A DNA stretch of 64,000 nucleotides from Candidatus Omnitrophota bacterium. Lineage in GTDB: Bacteria > Omnitrophota > Gorgyraeia > 1-14-0-20-64-10. Numbering within the stretch: the first letter of the stretch is position 1; the number at the start of each line of letters is the position of its first letter. The stretch is from assembly GCA_030651065.1 (NCBI GenBank), contig JAUSCU010000077.1, positions 13,362 to 77,361 of the forward strand. The letters run 5' to 3'. Of the stretch, positions 10,584-19,850 are shown piece after piece. A model generated the notes under the pieces. The model was not told where the DNA came from. It worked only from the letters and a program-made list of their open reading frames with translations, and did not search any database. A program made the position numbers and the translations under genes.

Positions 10584-11147
10584 ATGGGAACTGTGACATC
10601 CGACCGGCTTCAAAAAGTCCTGCAAACCATAGACGAAACCAACGCCCAGGATCCCCGCGCTTACGAGCTTCCCTATTCTCAATGGGTGACGGATTGGGTG
10701 AAGCGGCTGGACCCCAACGCCTCTGAGGAGCTCCTGATCGCCGCGCGCGGCCAGCACATCCGGCGCTGGGAACTCCCGCGGGAAAAGTACCCGGACGACC
10801 GGAAAGGATACCTCCTATGGAGGGAGACCCTGAAAGGGTTCCACGCCGGGCAGGTGGGAACGATCATGCGGGAGGCCGGCGCTCTCGGCGAATCAGTGGA
10901 GAAGGTGGCGCGGATCATCCTTAAGAAGAACATCCGGGACCCGGAATCCCAGACGCTGGAAGACGCCCTCTGCCTGGTCTTCCTGGAGCGCCAGTTCGCC
11001 GACCTGAGCAAGAAGGAGCCGGAGGAGAAGATGATCGAGATCCTCCGGAAGAGCTGGCGCAAGATGGGGGAAAAGGGCCGGGCCGAAGCGCTAAAACTTT
11101 CCCTCTCCGGCCCGGAAAAAATCCTGCTTCAAAAAGCCCTCGCTTAG
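10584..11147 (+). CDS. DUF4202 domain protein
   Basis: [16 protein letters not shown]...GYL.WR; [11 protein letters not shown]. Confidence 0.8.
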   Translation: MGTVTSDRLQKVLQTIDETNAQDPRAYELPYSQWVTDWVKRLDPNASEELLIAARGQHIRRWELPREKYPDDRKGYLLWRETLKGFHAGQVGTIMREAGALGESVEKVARIILKKNIRDPESQTLEDALCLVFLERQFADLSKKEPEEKMIEILRKSWRKMGEKGRAEALKLSLSGPEKILLQKALA

Positions 11148-11695
11148 CGGGTCCCCGCAACCACTTTAAGAACAATTGTGACGCGCTTCCCAATAGTAGA
11201 GCCGTAAGAGAGTCCGAAGTCCCGGCGGTCGACCGCCGTCTTGGCGATCACCGCAATTCCCTCACCCGCGGCATCGGCAGTCTTTCCGGTGAAACGCACC
11301 CGCTTTGTCACGCCCCGGATCGTAAGGTCCCCTTCCATCTCAAAGGATTCCGGCGTACCGGTAATTTGAACGCTCTTGAAGGACATCTCCGGAAAGGCCG
11401 CCGCGTCAAAGAAATCAGGGCTGAGCAGGTGCTTGTCCCGTTTCCGGATACCGGTCTGGATGGATTCCACTTTGACCGTCCCTTCGACACGGGTCCGCTC
11501 GAACGGTTCCGCCAGCTCGACCCTCCCGTCAAACAGGGTGAACCGGCCCTCCACCGGAAAACCGAAGTTGCTGACGCGAAAACCGATCTCCGATCGGGCT
11601 TTGTCCACCGGATACCTGCCCGGCGCCGAGGAAGCCCCGCGGGCCGGAAGGACAGCCAGGATGACGGTCACCACGAACACCGCCGCGGTGGCCAT
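11144..11695 (-). CDS. YceI family lipid/polyisoprenoid-binding protein
   Basis: SIQTG...RDKHL.SPDFFD, GDLTIRGVTK, DRRDFG; ATG at 11695. Confidence 0.88.
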   Translation of the reverse strand: MATAAVFVVTVILAVLPARGASSAPGRYPVDKARSEIGFRVSNFGFPVEGRFTLFDGRVELAEPFERTRVEGTVKVESIQTGIRKRDKHLLSPDFFDAAAFPEMSFKSVQITGTPESFEMEGDLTIRGVTKRVRFTGKTADAAGEGIAVIAKTAVDRRDFGLSYGSTIGKRVTIVLKVVAGTR

Positions 11696-11778
11696 GATCC
11701 CTCGCTTAAAGAAAAAGCCTGCCGGCGTTTCCGCCGGCAGGCTCAAAACAACTCTTGGATCAGACAGCAAACGCTGGA

Positions 11779-11946
11779 CTAGCGGTCGCTACCTTTCCGC
11801 TTCGAGAAACAATCCCTGCAGTAAACCGGGCGGTCGCCGCTGGGCTTGAAGGGAATCTCACATTCCTTCTTGCAATCCGCGCAGGTCGCCTTGTGCATTT
11901 CCCGCTGTCCACCTCCGAACCCACCGCCGCCACCTTGAAATCCCAT
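11779..11946 (-). CDS. Small CxxC-x17-CxxC zinc-ribbon protein (55 aa)
   Basis: Manual translation MGFQGGGGGFGGGQREMHKATCADCKKECEIPFKPSGDRPVYCRDCFSKRKGSDR; AGGAG RBS; below ORF-track length cutoff. Confidence 0.88.
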   Translation of the reverse strand: MGFQGGGGGFGGGQREMHKATCADCKKECEIPFKPSGDRPVYCRDCFSKRKGSDR

Positions 11947-11978
11947 GTTTTCTCCTTTGGTTTAAACTGCAACTGTCT

Positions 11979-12007
11979 AGTATATGCGAAGTTTGTCAAG
12001 ACGTCAA
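11979..12007 (-). promoter_or_regulatory. Sigma70-type promoter TTGACG-N17-TATACT for the zinc-ribbon gene
   Basis: Near-consensus hexamers with 17-bp spacer. Confidence 0.55.
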
Positions 12008-12054
12008 TTAAGGAAAGTTACAAGAAAAACCGCCCGGCAAGGTATGCTAGATGA

Positions 12055-13305
12055 ATGCCAAACAATCCGCAAGGCAGCTTTTACGGGCTCGGGATAGCCC
12101 CGGGGCTCCTCCAGGCGCTTGACGCGCTGAAGTTCACGGTTCCCACCCCTATTCAGCACAAGGCGATTCCGATCGCGATCGAGGGCAAGGACATCATCGG
12201 CATCGCGCAGACCGGCACCGGCAAGACGCTGGCGTTCGGGATCCCGATGATCCAGCAGCTCGCCCAGAAGAAGGGCAAAGGACTGGTGCTGGCCCCCACG
12301 CGGGAGCTAGCACTTCAGATCAATGAGGCGCTCGGAAAGCTCCTCCTCACCTTCCGGATGAGAAGCGCGGTGATCATCGGCGGGGAGTCTATGCACCACC
12401 AGGTCCAGGCGCTGAGGAACACCCCCCGCATCCTGATCGCCACCCCCGGCCGCCTGCTGGACCACCTCGAGCACCGCAATACCCGCCTGGACGACGTCGC
12501 CATCCTGGTGCTGGACGAGGCCGACCGGATGCTGGACATGGGCTTCGCGCCGCAGATCGATCAGATCCTCCGGCTCATCCCGAAGGACCGGCAGACGATG
12601 CTCTTCTCGGCCACCATGCCGGCCAGCATCGTGAAGATCGCGGCCGCCCACATGCGGCTGCCGGTCCGTACCGAGATCGCGCCCACCGGGACCACAGCCG
12701 AGCGGGTCTCTCAGGAGTTGTTCGTGGTCAGCAAGGAAAAGAAGGGGCAGCTCCTGAAGGAGCTACTGAAGCGGTACACCGCCTCAGTGCTCTTATTCGT
12801 GCGAACCAAGCGAGGAGCTCAGAGAGTAACGCGGGACTTAAGAGCCGCGGGCCATCCGGCAGCCGAGATCCATGCCAACCGGAGCTTGAGCCAAAGGAAA
12901 GAGGCGCTGGCCGGCTTCAAATCGGGGAAATACCGCATCCTGGTCGCCACCGACATCGCGGCGCGCGGAATTGACGTGACCGGCATTGAGCTGGTAGTCA
13001 ACTTCGATCTGCCCGACGACCCGGAGAACTACGTCCACCGGATCGGGCGCACCGGCCGGGCCGGCCGCGAAGGCCACGCGATCACCTTCGCCACGCCCGA
13101 TCAGGGGAAAGACGTGCAGGGGATCGAGAAGATCATCCGAACTTCCATCCCGGTGGCCCAGCACCCTACCCTTCCGGCGGAGCGCTTCTCCTCATCCTCC
13201 CAGAGCCACGTCCAGCAACAGCAGCGCCACCGCGGGGGCCAGCAACAGCGCCCTTCGTTCGGCGGCACCCGGCACTTCGGCTATCCCCGCCGCCAGCGGC
13301 GGTAG
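12055..13305 (+). CDS. DEAD-box RNA helicase (RhlE-like)
   Basis: Q motif, AQTGTGKT, PTRELA, DEAD, SAT, HRIGRTGR. Confidence 0.93.
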   Translation: MPNNPQGSFYGLGIAPGLLQALDALKFTVPTPIQHKAIPIAIEGKDIIGIAQTGTGKTLAFGIPMIQQLAQKKGKGLVLAPTRELALQINEALGKLLLTFRMRSAVIIGGESMHHQVQALRNTPRILIATPGRLLDHLEHRNTRLDDVAILVLDEADRMLDMGFAPQIDQILRLIPKDRQTMLFSATMPASIVKIAAAHMRLPVRTEIAPTGTTAERVSQELFVVSKEKKGQLLKELLKRYTASVLLFVRTKRGAQRVTRDLRAAGHPAAEIHANRSLSQRKEALAGFKSGKYRILVATDIAARGIDVTGIELVVNFDLPDDPENYVHRIGRTGRAGREGHAITFATPDQGKDVQGIEKIIRTSIPVAQHPTLPAERFSSSSQSHVQQQQRHRGGQQQRPSFGGTRHFGYPRRQRR

Positions 13306-13328
13306 GATCTCCATCCTCTCGCTCGGAT

Positions 13329-13715
13329 TTAATCGCTGAGAGCGGCGCAGACCAGCGTCAGCACCAGGAACTGCCAGTTGGCGATCACATCCGGTTTCAT
13401 AAGGATGGTCTGTCCGAGAGTCAGCAGGAACATGAGCAGCGCGGTGAGCGTCCATGCCACGCGCGCTTTCTTGCCCGAGAGAATGAGCAGCGCCAAAACC
13501 GGCTCCGCCACTATGATCAGCCAGGCGAGCAAAACATTCAGCGCATGCGGCGACCAGGTCTTATCAAACTCTCCCGCGATCATGCCGACAAAAGCGTCGG
13601 ACCCCATGAAGATCCATTTCGTAAAACCCACGTAAAGCAGCCACAGACCAAAAAAGAACCGCATACCGAACAAAAAGAATTTGCGAGCGTCGTAACTGAA
13701 AAACCCCATACCCAT
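13329..13715 (-). CDS. DoxX-like membrane protein
   Basis: Four hydrophobic helices; R...G...GF.K and E..LA.L...G pattern. Confidence 0.55.
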   Translation of the reverse strand: MGMGFFSYDARKFFLFGMRFFFGLWLLYVGFTKWIFMGSDAFVGMIAGEFDKTWSPHALNVLLAWLIIVAEPVLALLILSGKKARVAWTLTALLMFLLTLGQTILMKPDVIANWQFLVLTLVCAALSD

Positions 13716-13722
13716 CTCCCCC

Positions 13723-13914
13723 CTAGGATTCTCTTTCGGCGTTGAAAGCGGTCACCCCGTCGGACTCCACCGTAAGCCGGATAGAAATCGGTTGGCAGCA
13801 GACCTCGCAATCCGTAGTGAAGGATTGGCGGCGGCCGGCGGTGACATCCACCCCAATCGAAATCTCCGCGGAGCAGTACGGGCAAACAAACGAGTATTCA
13901 TCCTCAACCGGCAT
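13723..13914 (-). CDS. CPXCG-motif cysteine-rich protein
   Basis: CPYC...DCEVCCQPI. Confidence 0.8.
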   Translation of the reverse strand: MPVEDEYSFVCPYCSAEISIGVDVTAGRRQSFTTDCEVCCQPISIRLTVESDGVTAFNAERES

Positions 13915-13938
13915 CGAGGGTGATTATACTCCTCGCCG

Positions 13939-13967
13939 TTTACACCCGCTGCGATTCCAGGTAGACT
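13939..13967 (+). promoter_or_regulatory. Sigma70-type promoter for tRNA-Asn (TTTACA-N17-TAGACT)
   Basis: Hexamers with 17-bp spacer ending about 21 bp upstream of the tRNA. Confidence 0.55.
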
Positions 13968-13988
13968 AATTTCGCTCTACAGTTCGTT

Positions 13989-14064
13989 TCCCCGGTAGCT
14001 CAGTCGGTAGAGCGGCTGACTGTTAATCAGCATGTCCCAGGTTCGAGTCCTGGCCGGGGAGCCA
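13989..14064 (+). tRNA. tRNA-Asn(GTT), island integration site
   Basis: TCCCCGG/CCGGGGA acceptor stem, anticodon loop CTGTTAA, GTTCGAG T-loop, CCA end. Confidence 0.96.
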
Positions 14065-15555
14065 ATTTGGACGAAGAAGCCCTTCGGCGAGTATGCCGAA
14101 GGGCTTTCTATATGTAGGGACTACGGTTGCGTCAACGAGGGTGTAGTTCGAGGCCACGAACTTGAGGATGGAGGCCTTGCCTTCGTACTTGGATTTAAGG
14201 TATTGCGGGTATAGGCGGTTAGAGAGTTCGAGGGTTCTAGAGGCGTTCTCGTACCAGTTCGGGTTTACCTTCCCCAGGCCGTTCAGGATGGCCTTGATTT
14301 CCGCGATAGTTGCCCTGTATTCGCCTTCTTTGGCCTTAAACGCCTCTTCATCTAACTCCCTGTCCAAACGGGCGTCATAGAGGCGGGAGAGCCGTTGGCT
14401 TGCCCGTTCCAGTTCTTTTTGCAGAGAGGCGACACGGTTCTCGCGTAGATCCTGGCTCTTGGCGTCGGCTTCCCGCAGGGCATCTTTCAGCCAGTCCACC
14501 GTCCCAGCGTCCAACGTTACCGCCTTGACCGCCGGCTCGAAGAGATGGGCGATTCGGTTCTCAGGGACGTAACCCCAGCCGTCATGCCTCCCCTTTGAAA
14601 ACGTGCAGTGGTAGTAAACAAACCGCTTCTTCTTGATCTCCCCCAGAACCTTGCACCCGCATTTCCCGCAGACAACGAGGTTGTTGAAGGCGAACCCGAG
14701 CCGACTCGCGTGAGGACGCGCCTTGCCATGTAAAGCGGCGTGTGCGTTATCGAAAAGGTCTTTGGTGATGAGGGGGGTATGACTTCCGCTTCGCACCTGT
14801 CCCTGCCAACGGAACACCCCGTAATAAATAGGGTTTTTCAAGAGCCATTCAATCCCGCTTTTTCCAACGCGACGACCTTTCTTGCCCCGAAAACCCTCCT
14901 GGTAAAGCATCTTGGCGATAGTTGCCAAAGAATAGGAGCCGGAGGCCATTAATTGAAACGCTCTGCGGATAAAAGGAGCGCGGTCTTCGTCTACTTCGAT
15001 CAGGTGGGTAATTCGGTTGTTCCTGTAGCCAAGTGGGGCAACAGAAGGGTATAGCCCTTGTTCGGCTTTCTCCATCATCCCCATCTTTGTTTTTCGGGAG
15101 ATGTCGTTCGACATCTTCTTGGCAACCGCAACTTCGATGTCGAACATGAACTCGTCTTCCGAGCCAGAGTTTCGGTCAATGATCTTTCCGGTCCGTGAGA
15201 AATGGATGGTCTTTCCAAAGTCCTTAATGAGGGTGCAGATTTTCAGCTTGTCGAAGTCGTTGCGGGTCATGCGGTCGGTTACGTCAAAGATGATGTGCTT
15301 AACTTCGTCATGCCGTTTGGCGTACTCGACAAGCTGATTGAAAGCGGCGCGTTCGCTTCGCCAAGCCGATTCCGAGACCTTCCAACTTCGGACTATAGAG
15401 AGGTTCTTCCGCTGGGCGTAATCCAGCCCTAACTTTTCCTGGGCATCCAGGGAATAACCTTCTTCTTGGGCGGTGCTTGAAACGCGAACATACAGGACGG
15501 CTTTGGGCGAGCCGTGGTAGCCGTTTGCGGAGGGCTGTGGTTGTTTCCTTGTCAT
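14023..15555 (-). CDS. Large serine recombinase (resolvase, recombinase, zinc ribbon, coiled coil); last 14 codons read antisense through tRNA-Asn
   Basis: YVRVSS catalytic motif, DRMTRN, APLGY, LKNPIYYG, CGKCG...YYHC. Confidence 0.93.
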   Translation of the reverse strand: MTRKQPQPSANGYHGSPKAVLYVRVSSTAQEEGYSLDAQEKLGLDYAQRKNLSIVRSWKVSESAWRSERAAFNQLVEYAKRHDEVKHIIFDVTDRMTRNDFDKLKICTLIKDFGKTIHFSRTGKIIDRNSGSEDEFMFDIEVAVAKKMSNDISRKTKMGMMEKAEQGLYPSVAPLGYRNNRITHLIEVDEDRAPFIRRAFQLMASGSYSLATIAKMLYQEGFRGKKGRRVGKSGIEWLLKNPIYYGVFRWQGQVRSGSHTPLITKDLFDNAHAALHGKARPHASRLGFAFNNLVVCGKCGCKVLGEIKKKRFVYYHCTFSKGRHDGWGYVPENRIAHLFEPAVKAVTLDAGTVDWLKDALREADAKSQDLRENRVASLQKELERASQRLSRLYDARLDRELDEEAFKAKEGEYRATIAEIKAILNGLGKVNPNWYENASRTLELSNRLYPQYLKSKYEGKASILKFVASNYTLVDATVVPTYRKPFGILAEGLLRPNWLPGQDSNLGHAD

Positions 15556-15604
15556 CTGTTTGACTCAGCGTTGAGAGTTGGGCGTCAAAACTTTCACCCT
15601 TTTC

Positions 15605-16693
15605 TCACTGTCCAGACTTCCTTCGATTGTGGTTTTTACAGAGCATCTGGCAATTTTCTTCGGAGGTTTTGCCATCCAAGTGCCAAGGCTTAATATGGTC
15701 AGCTTCCATTTCTTCAAGCTCCCAATGTTTTGTCTTTGGGCATTTCGAGCAGATGCCTTTCTGTTTTTCGTAAGCCTTTTGCTTCTGAGGATCGGTGAAC
15801 GCTCGAATGTTGAGATGCTTTTCCTCGTGTGTCAGAAGATATGGGTAAATCCCCTTCTTGTTCGTTACGTCGTCATCCGCAATCAGCTTCGCCGTCTCCG
15901 CCTCGATTTTTGCCGTGTTGAACTTTTTGTCTTTGAATTCGTTGTAGAGTGCGCCCCATGCGACGCCTTTCATGAATTTTCTTTTCTTCGTGAACGTTGC
16001 GCCAACCCACTCCATCACGTTCTGAAAATAACTCCACAGCGCCTTGGCATCGGCATCCTTTTGGTGCTTGCCCATGTAATCCTCAATCTTGCCACCAGAA
16101 GTCCAATCAATCACCGCTTCTAAATAATCCTGACGTATCGGGGAGCCGTCCATATAGTCCTGCCCGATTTGATACGCGGCGCAACCTGTCTTACTGAAAT
16201 ACCGTTTCGCGTCGGAAACCCATGAACCCGCATAGACGGCGTTTCGCAATTCCTGCTCCGTCAACTTTTCTCCCGCGATGTTGATTGTCCTGAACCAATC
16301 CAACCTCTCGCTGTCCGTGCCTGTGCATTGATAGACCATTAGCTTATAGTTGAGGATTTGCGCCTGCTTGTCGTCGGGCAGATTATGGAAATACAACTGC
16401 TGAAACGAGAAATTGCCCTTCACATACTGGCAAACGGAAATCGTCCGCTGTTGCCCGTCGATCACCTCAAAGTTGCCGTCCTCCCGCACCGCCCAATACA
16501 TTACGTTCAGCGGAAAAGCTTTCGTGACGGTGTTGATGACGGCGTCGCGCTGTTTGTCCTTGTAAATGAACTCCCGCTGATACGGCGGACGAATGTCGAG
16601 GTTACCGCCATAGCCGACAACCCCTTCGAGGCCTTTGTCCTCGTAGCCCTCCGCCAGTTCACGGACGGTTATTTCTTTGAGCGTGATTTGCAT
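15605..16693 (-). CDS. DUF262 (GmrS-like) plus C-terminal HNH endonuclease
   Basis: PPYQREF, IDGQQRT, F..IN.AG; CSKC...EADHIKPW..GKT..NCQMLC..HN. Confidence 0.88.
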   Translation of the reverse strand: MQITLKEITVRELAEGYEDKGLEGVVGYGGNLDIRPPYQREFIYKDKQRDAVINTVTKAFPLNVMYWAVREDGNFEVIDGQQRTISVCQYVKGNFSFQQLYFHNLPDDKQAQILNYKLMVYQCTGTDSERLDWFRTINIAGEKLTEQELRNAVYAGSWVSDAKRYFSKTGCAAYQIGQDYMDGSPIRQDYLEAVIDWTSGGKIEDYMGKHQKDADAKALWSYFQNVMEWVGATFTKKRKFMKGVAWGALYNEFKDKKFNTAKIEAETAKLIADDDVTNKKGIYPYLLTHEEKHLNIRAFTDPQKQKAYEKQKGICSKCPKTKHWELEEMEADHIKPWHLDGKTSEENCQMLCKNHNRRKSGQ

Positions 16694-17703
16694 GTTGCCC
16701 TTTTCCGTTTGATAACGATGCGAACATAAGTTGGTTTGCCATTTATTGTCCCGTCATTATCCTTGATGAGGCCGTGTTCTTTGAATGGCGTGTTATCGTT
16801 CGTGCGAATGTCATTCGCGCTTATTATCTTAAATTGGTCAGGATTGTATTTATCCAAGAACGTAATCGGTACGCCCATCGCGCCGTCATAATCACATGGG
16901 ATTTCTGCGTATTTATCCACGTTTATGGCGTCGTAGTTATCGTATTTTGGATATTCTTTTCGGCTGTATTTCTTGTATAAGATTAAATCTTGGTGGCGTT
17001 TTGCAGTATCCAAATTGGTGAGCCACACAATCCTGCCGCTGCTAAAAAATTTTTGTCCGTTTTCAATTTTTACACGAGATTTGGTTGCGATGTCGTAATG
17101 GTCTTTCACTCCGAACCATTTTGTGCCGTAATTATCCATACCCAGCCATATTTTATTGTCTCTGATGAGCGTGAAAATTTCCTTGTACGTTGTGGCGTTC
17201 TGGTCGCCGATGATGACAAACTGTTTTCCGTATTTCACGAGTTGCGCTACATATTCCCTGAATAAAGAAAACGGGGGATTCGTGACCACGATGTCGGATT
17301 GTTTCAGCAGTTCGATAGATTCCTTGCTACGGAAATCACCGTCGCCTTGCAAATGTTTGAGTCCGATTCGTTCGGGGGTGGGAACCTTGCCGCCTTGTTT
17401 TTCGCCCGCGTATTCCAGATAGACGGCTTTCTCGGAATCGTTCTCGCTGAACAAATCGGCGTTCTGGTTTTTGTAGCAGGTGGTGATGAGTTTTTTCAGT
17501 CCCAGCTCCCCGAACTTATTGGAGAAATAATGGAAAAAATTGCTGACTTTTGGGTCGTCGCAGTTGCAGAGAACGACTTTGCCTTTGAAATGCTTTTTGT
17601 AATGGCTGAGTTCCTTTTCGATGTCGGTGAGTTGAGTGTAAAACTCATCATTTTTCGCTTGCCTTGCCTTGTGCAAATTTGTGTTTAGCGTCTTTTTTGA
17701 CAT
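16669..17703 (-). CDS. EcoRI-family adenine-specific DNA methyltransferase
   Basis: KNDEFYT, VLCNCDDP, GDGDFRS, IVVTNPPFSLFREY, MGVPITFLDKYNPDQF. Confidence 0.9.
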   Translation of the reverse strand: MSKKTLNTNLHKARQAKNDEFYTQLTDIEKELSHYKKHFKGKVVLCNCDDPKVSNFFHYFSNKFGELGLKKLITTCYKNQNADLFSENDSEKAVYLEYAGEKQGGKVPTPERIGLKHLQGDGDFRSKESIELLKQSDIVVTNPPFSLFREYVAQLVKYGKQFVIIGDQNATTYKEIFTLIRDNKIWLGMDNYGTKWFGVKDHYDIATKSRVKIENGQKFFSSGRIVWLTNLDTAKRHQDLILYKKYSRKEYPKYDNYDAINVDKYAEIPCDYDGAMGVPITFLDKYNPDQFKIISANDIRTNDNTPFKEHGLIKDNDGTINGKPTYVRIVIKRKRATCKSRSKK

Positions 17704-17708
17704 TTAGT

Positions 17709-17915
17709 TCACCCCAAAAGCCGATCGTACTTGCGGCGCTCGGGCTTGCTGGAGATTAGCTTCTTGATTTGATACTCCTGGATTGGGCTGGGGCTAACGT
17801 GGCGCTTGAGCCAGCGGTTGACGGTGGTGAAGGCAACCCCTAGCTTCTTAGCGAGGATCTGCTGGGTGATCTTGTTTTCGAGGCGGTAATGTTCGAGGCG
17901 GTCTATCATGTCCAT
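17709..17915 (-). CDS. XRE-family HTH regulator (controller-protein-like)
   Basis: ITQQILAKKLGVAFTTVNRW; directly upstream of the MTase. Confidence 0.8.
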   Translation of the reverse strand: MDMIDRLEHYRLENKITQQILAKKLGVAFTTVNRWLKRHVSPSPIQEYQIKKLISSKPERRKYDRLLG

Positions 17916-17928
17916 AGTGTTTAGCATC

Positions 17929-19023
17929 TTATAGCACCTTATCTTTGAGGGCAAGCAAAACTTTGTCCAGCTTCTCGTCCAGCGTTGCCCTGGGGTTGCC
18001 AGCAAAGTCCATGCTCTTGATGATCTCTGTGAGCCGTGAGGGGGTGTAGTTGCCATAGGACGAAAGGGTAGTGGCGATATATTCGTGTCCGAAGTTTTGG
18101 CTTACGGCTTTCATTTCTTCCCCGTCTTTGCAGGAAGCGACTGCCAAATTGACTGCAAGGTGTCGGAAGGTGTGCGGGGGGAAGTAGGGCAGACTTGCCG
18201 CCTGGGAACGCTTCTTAAAAATCTCTCTGATTCTGCCCGTCCCTTGCCAGAAGGCAGGTTCCACATCGGACGATGCCTCGAAGCTGAGGTTGTCCGCGCC
18301 CTGATCTAGCTTGGACCGGGGAAAGAGGGGGTCTTGGGAGCCAAAGCCCTTCCCTTCCAGGTGTTTCACCCAACCCGTTAGGAATCCCACCATCTTTTGG
18401 TCAAATGGGAAAATGGTGGTGGGGATCAGCTTGGCGAACTTGGTTTCGACCCCTTTTCTCGGATTTTGGAGGATGGTCAACTTCTCTTTGTCGAAGCACC
18501 CAAGCGGCAAGGTGGCAACAGCTCGATCCCTCATCCCACTCAGAAGCGTGAATGAAATCAACGCTCTGTCCCGCAGATCAACCTCGGTCTTCGGCTCGAT
18601 GGAATCAACGAGCTTTCGGACGTAATCCAGAGAAGGGTAGTTGCGCGGGGTAGATTGGGTGGCAATCCGCTCTTCTTTCTCTGTGATCTTGAGGTAGTCC
18701 ACCGCATTGGGTTTGATTCTGCTTCTGTATCCCGTTTCCCGAACAAGCCAGCCGAAGAACTTCCGCAGGTACCTCATGTAGGCATGGTAGGTAACAATGG
18801 AAATCGGCTTGCCCCGAAACGCCCGTTTTGCCAACCACTTTTTGAAGTCAATTGCCTTATCGGAGTTGTAAAGGGCGAAGTCCTCATTCTTGGAGAACTC
18901 CTGCCAAAGCAATATGGCGTTCTCGATGTTGTTGACGGTCGAATCGCAACAGCCGGCCGCCTCTTTCAACCACCTAAAAAACGACCTCTTCACCCGCTCA
19001 TTTTTGGCGCTTACTTTTCGCAT
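17929..19023 (-). CDS. Tyrosine recombinase/integrase
   Basis: RDRALI...SGMR, HTFRH, FGHE...T...YG catalytic residues. Confidence 0.88.
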   Translation of the reverse strand: MRKVSAKNERVKRSFFRWLKEAAGCCDSTVNNIENAILLWQEFSKNEDFALYNSDKAIDFKKWLAKRAFRGKPISIVTYHAYMRYLRKFFGWLVRETGYRSRIKPNAVDYLKITEKEERIATQSTPRNYPSLDYVRKLVDSIEPKTEVDLRDRALISFTLLSGMRDRAVATLPLGCFDKEKLTILQNPRKGVETKFAKLIPTTIFPFDQKMVGFLTGWVKHLEGKGFGSQDPLFPRSKLDQGADNLSFEASSDVEPAFWQGTGRIREIFKKRSQAASLPYFPPHTFRHLAVNLAVASCKDGEEMKAVSQNFGHEYIATTLSSYGNYTPSRLTEIIKSMDFAGNPRATLDEKLDKVLLALKDKVL

Positions 19024-19531
19024 TTTCCCGTCCTTTCAAGATGTCAGTCTTCACGGAGCTAATCCCACTACCGTTTATTACTTCCAGGGGTTCCGTGAAA
19101 ATCAGACCGTTTTTCGTCCATTCCGCCGCCTTTCGGTCGGAGGAAAAGAGGAGAAGCGACTGGTCGCAGACTTCGCAGACGCCCCGGAGCAAGACCTGTT
19201 TGTGGGTTTTCCCAAGCCGCCGTTGGGTTGCCTGGGCGGCAAGTCGGTCGGGGCGGCTCCTGCGGGGTTCCCTGCACCTGGGGCAGTAAAACTCTCCGAT
19301 CTTGAGGGGCTTCTTTCGGCTCCGAAGCCGCGCTTTCAGGAAATCCCGAAGGTCTTGTCCCATGACCAGGAACGGCCTGGTGTGGTCTTCCAGGATTTTT
19401 AACCCCTCTTTGTGCCATACCTGAACCGTTCGGACGTGGGTTTCCAGCTTCTCGGCGATGTCCGCGAAGGAGTATGCCCGCTTTGCCTTGAGGAGCCGGC
19501 CGTTATGCGTCCGATTTTTTCTCGTCCGCAT
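18998..19531 (-). CDS. HTH (excisionase/MerR-like) plus zinc-finger DNA-binding protein
   Basis: YSFADIAEKLETHVRTVQVW.KEGL; FYCPRC...CEVC. Confidence 0.75.
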   Translation of the reverse strand: MRTRKNRTHNGRLLKAKRAYSFADIAEKLETHVRTVQVWHKEGLKILEDHTRPFLVMGQDLRDFLKARLRSRKKPLKIGEFYCPRCREPRRSRPDRLAAQATQRRLGKTHKQVLLRGVCEVCDQSLLLFSSDRKAAEWTKNGLIFTEPLEVINGSGISSVKTDILKGRENAKSKRQK

Positions 19532-19679
19532 CTTCCCTATCCAGCTTGTCCAGGAGCCGAAAAAGCCCCGTCATGTTCTCGGCAATCTCCCGCGCATCCT
19601 CAAGTGTGAGGGGATAGGGATAGCGGGGTTGCCAGAACTTGATCGTCCGTTGAAGAAACTCTTCGCTAAACTCAGCCAT
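19503..19679 (-). CDS. Small mobile-element hypothetical protein (58 aa)
   Basis: Manual translation MAEFSEEFLQRTIKFWQPRYPYPLTLEDAREIAENMTGLFRLLDKLDREDADEKKSDA; overlaps start of HTH-Zn gene. Confidence 0.7.
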   Translation of the reverse strand: MAEFSEEFLQRTIKFWQPRYPYPLTLEDAREIAENMTGLFRLLDKLDREDADEKKSDA

Positions 19680-19790
19680 AAGGTGTCGCGCAATGTCCTT
19701 TATGGCTAATGGAGAAAAATCACCAACGAGAGCCGATTTCTTGATGGCAAAACGGGGTTTTAGAGGGAGTGGCAGGGCAAAAAAAGTCGG

Positions 19791-19850
19791 CGAAAAATCA
19801 CCGAGGCCGGTGATAAATCACCCAAGCGGGTGAAAAATCACCGAGAATCG
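19791..19850. repeat. Three tandem 20-bp units containing GAWAAATCACC (fourth copy at 19714-19724)
   Basis: cgaaaaatcaccgaggccgg / tgataaatcacccaagcggg / tgaaaaatcaccgagaatcg. Confidence 0.75.

Noticed and set aside
11755-12054. 99-aa plus-strand ORF
   Set aside because: Antisense shadow of the CxxC-x17-CxxC gene, which has an RBS and promoter.
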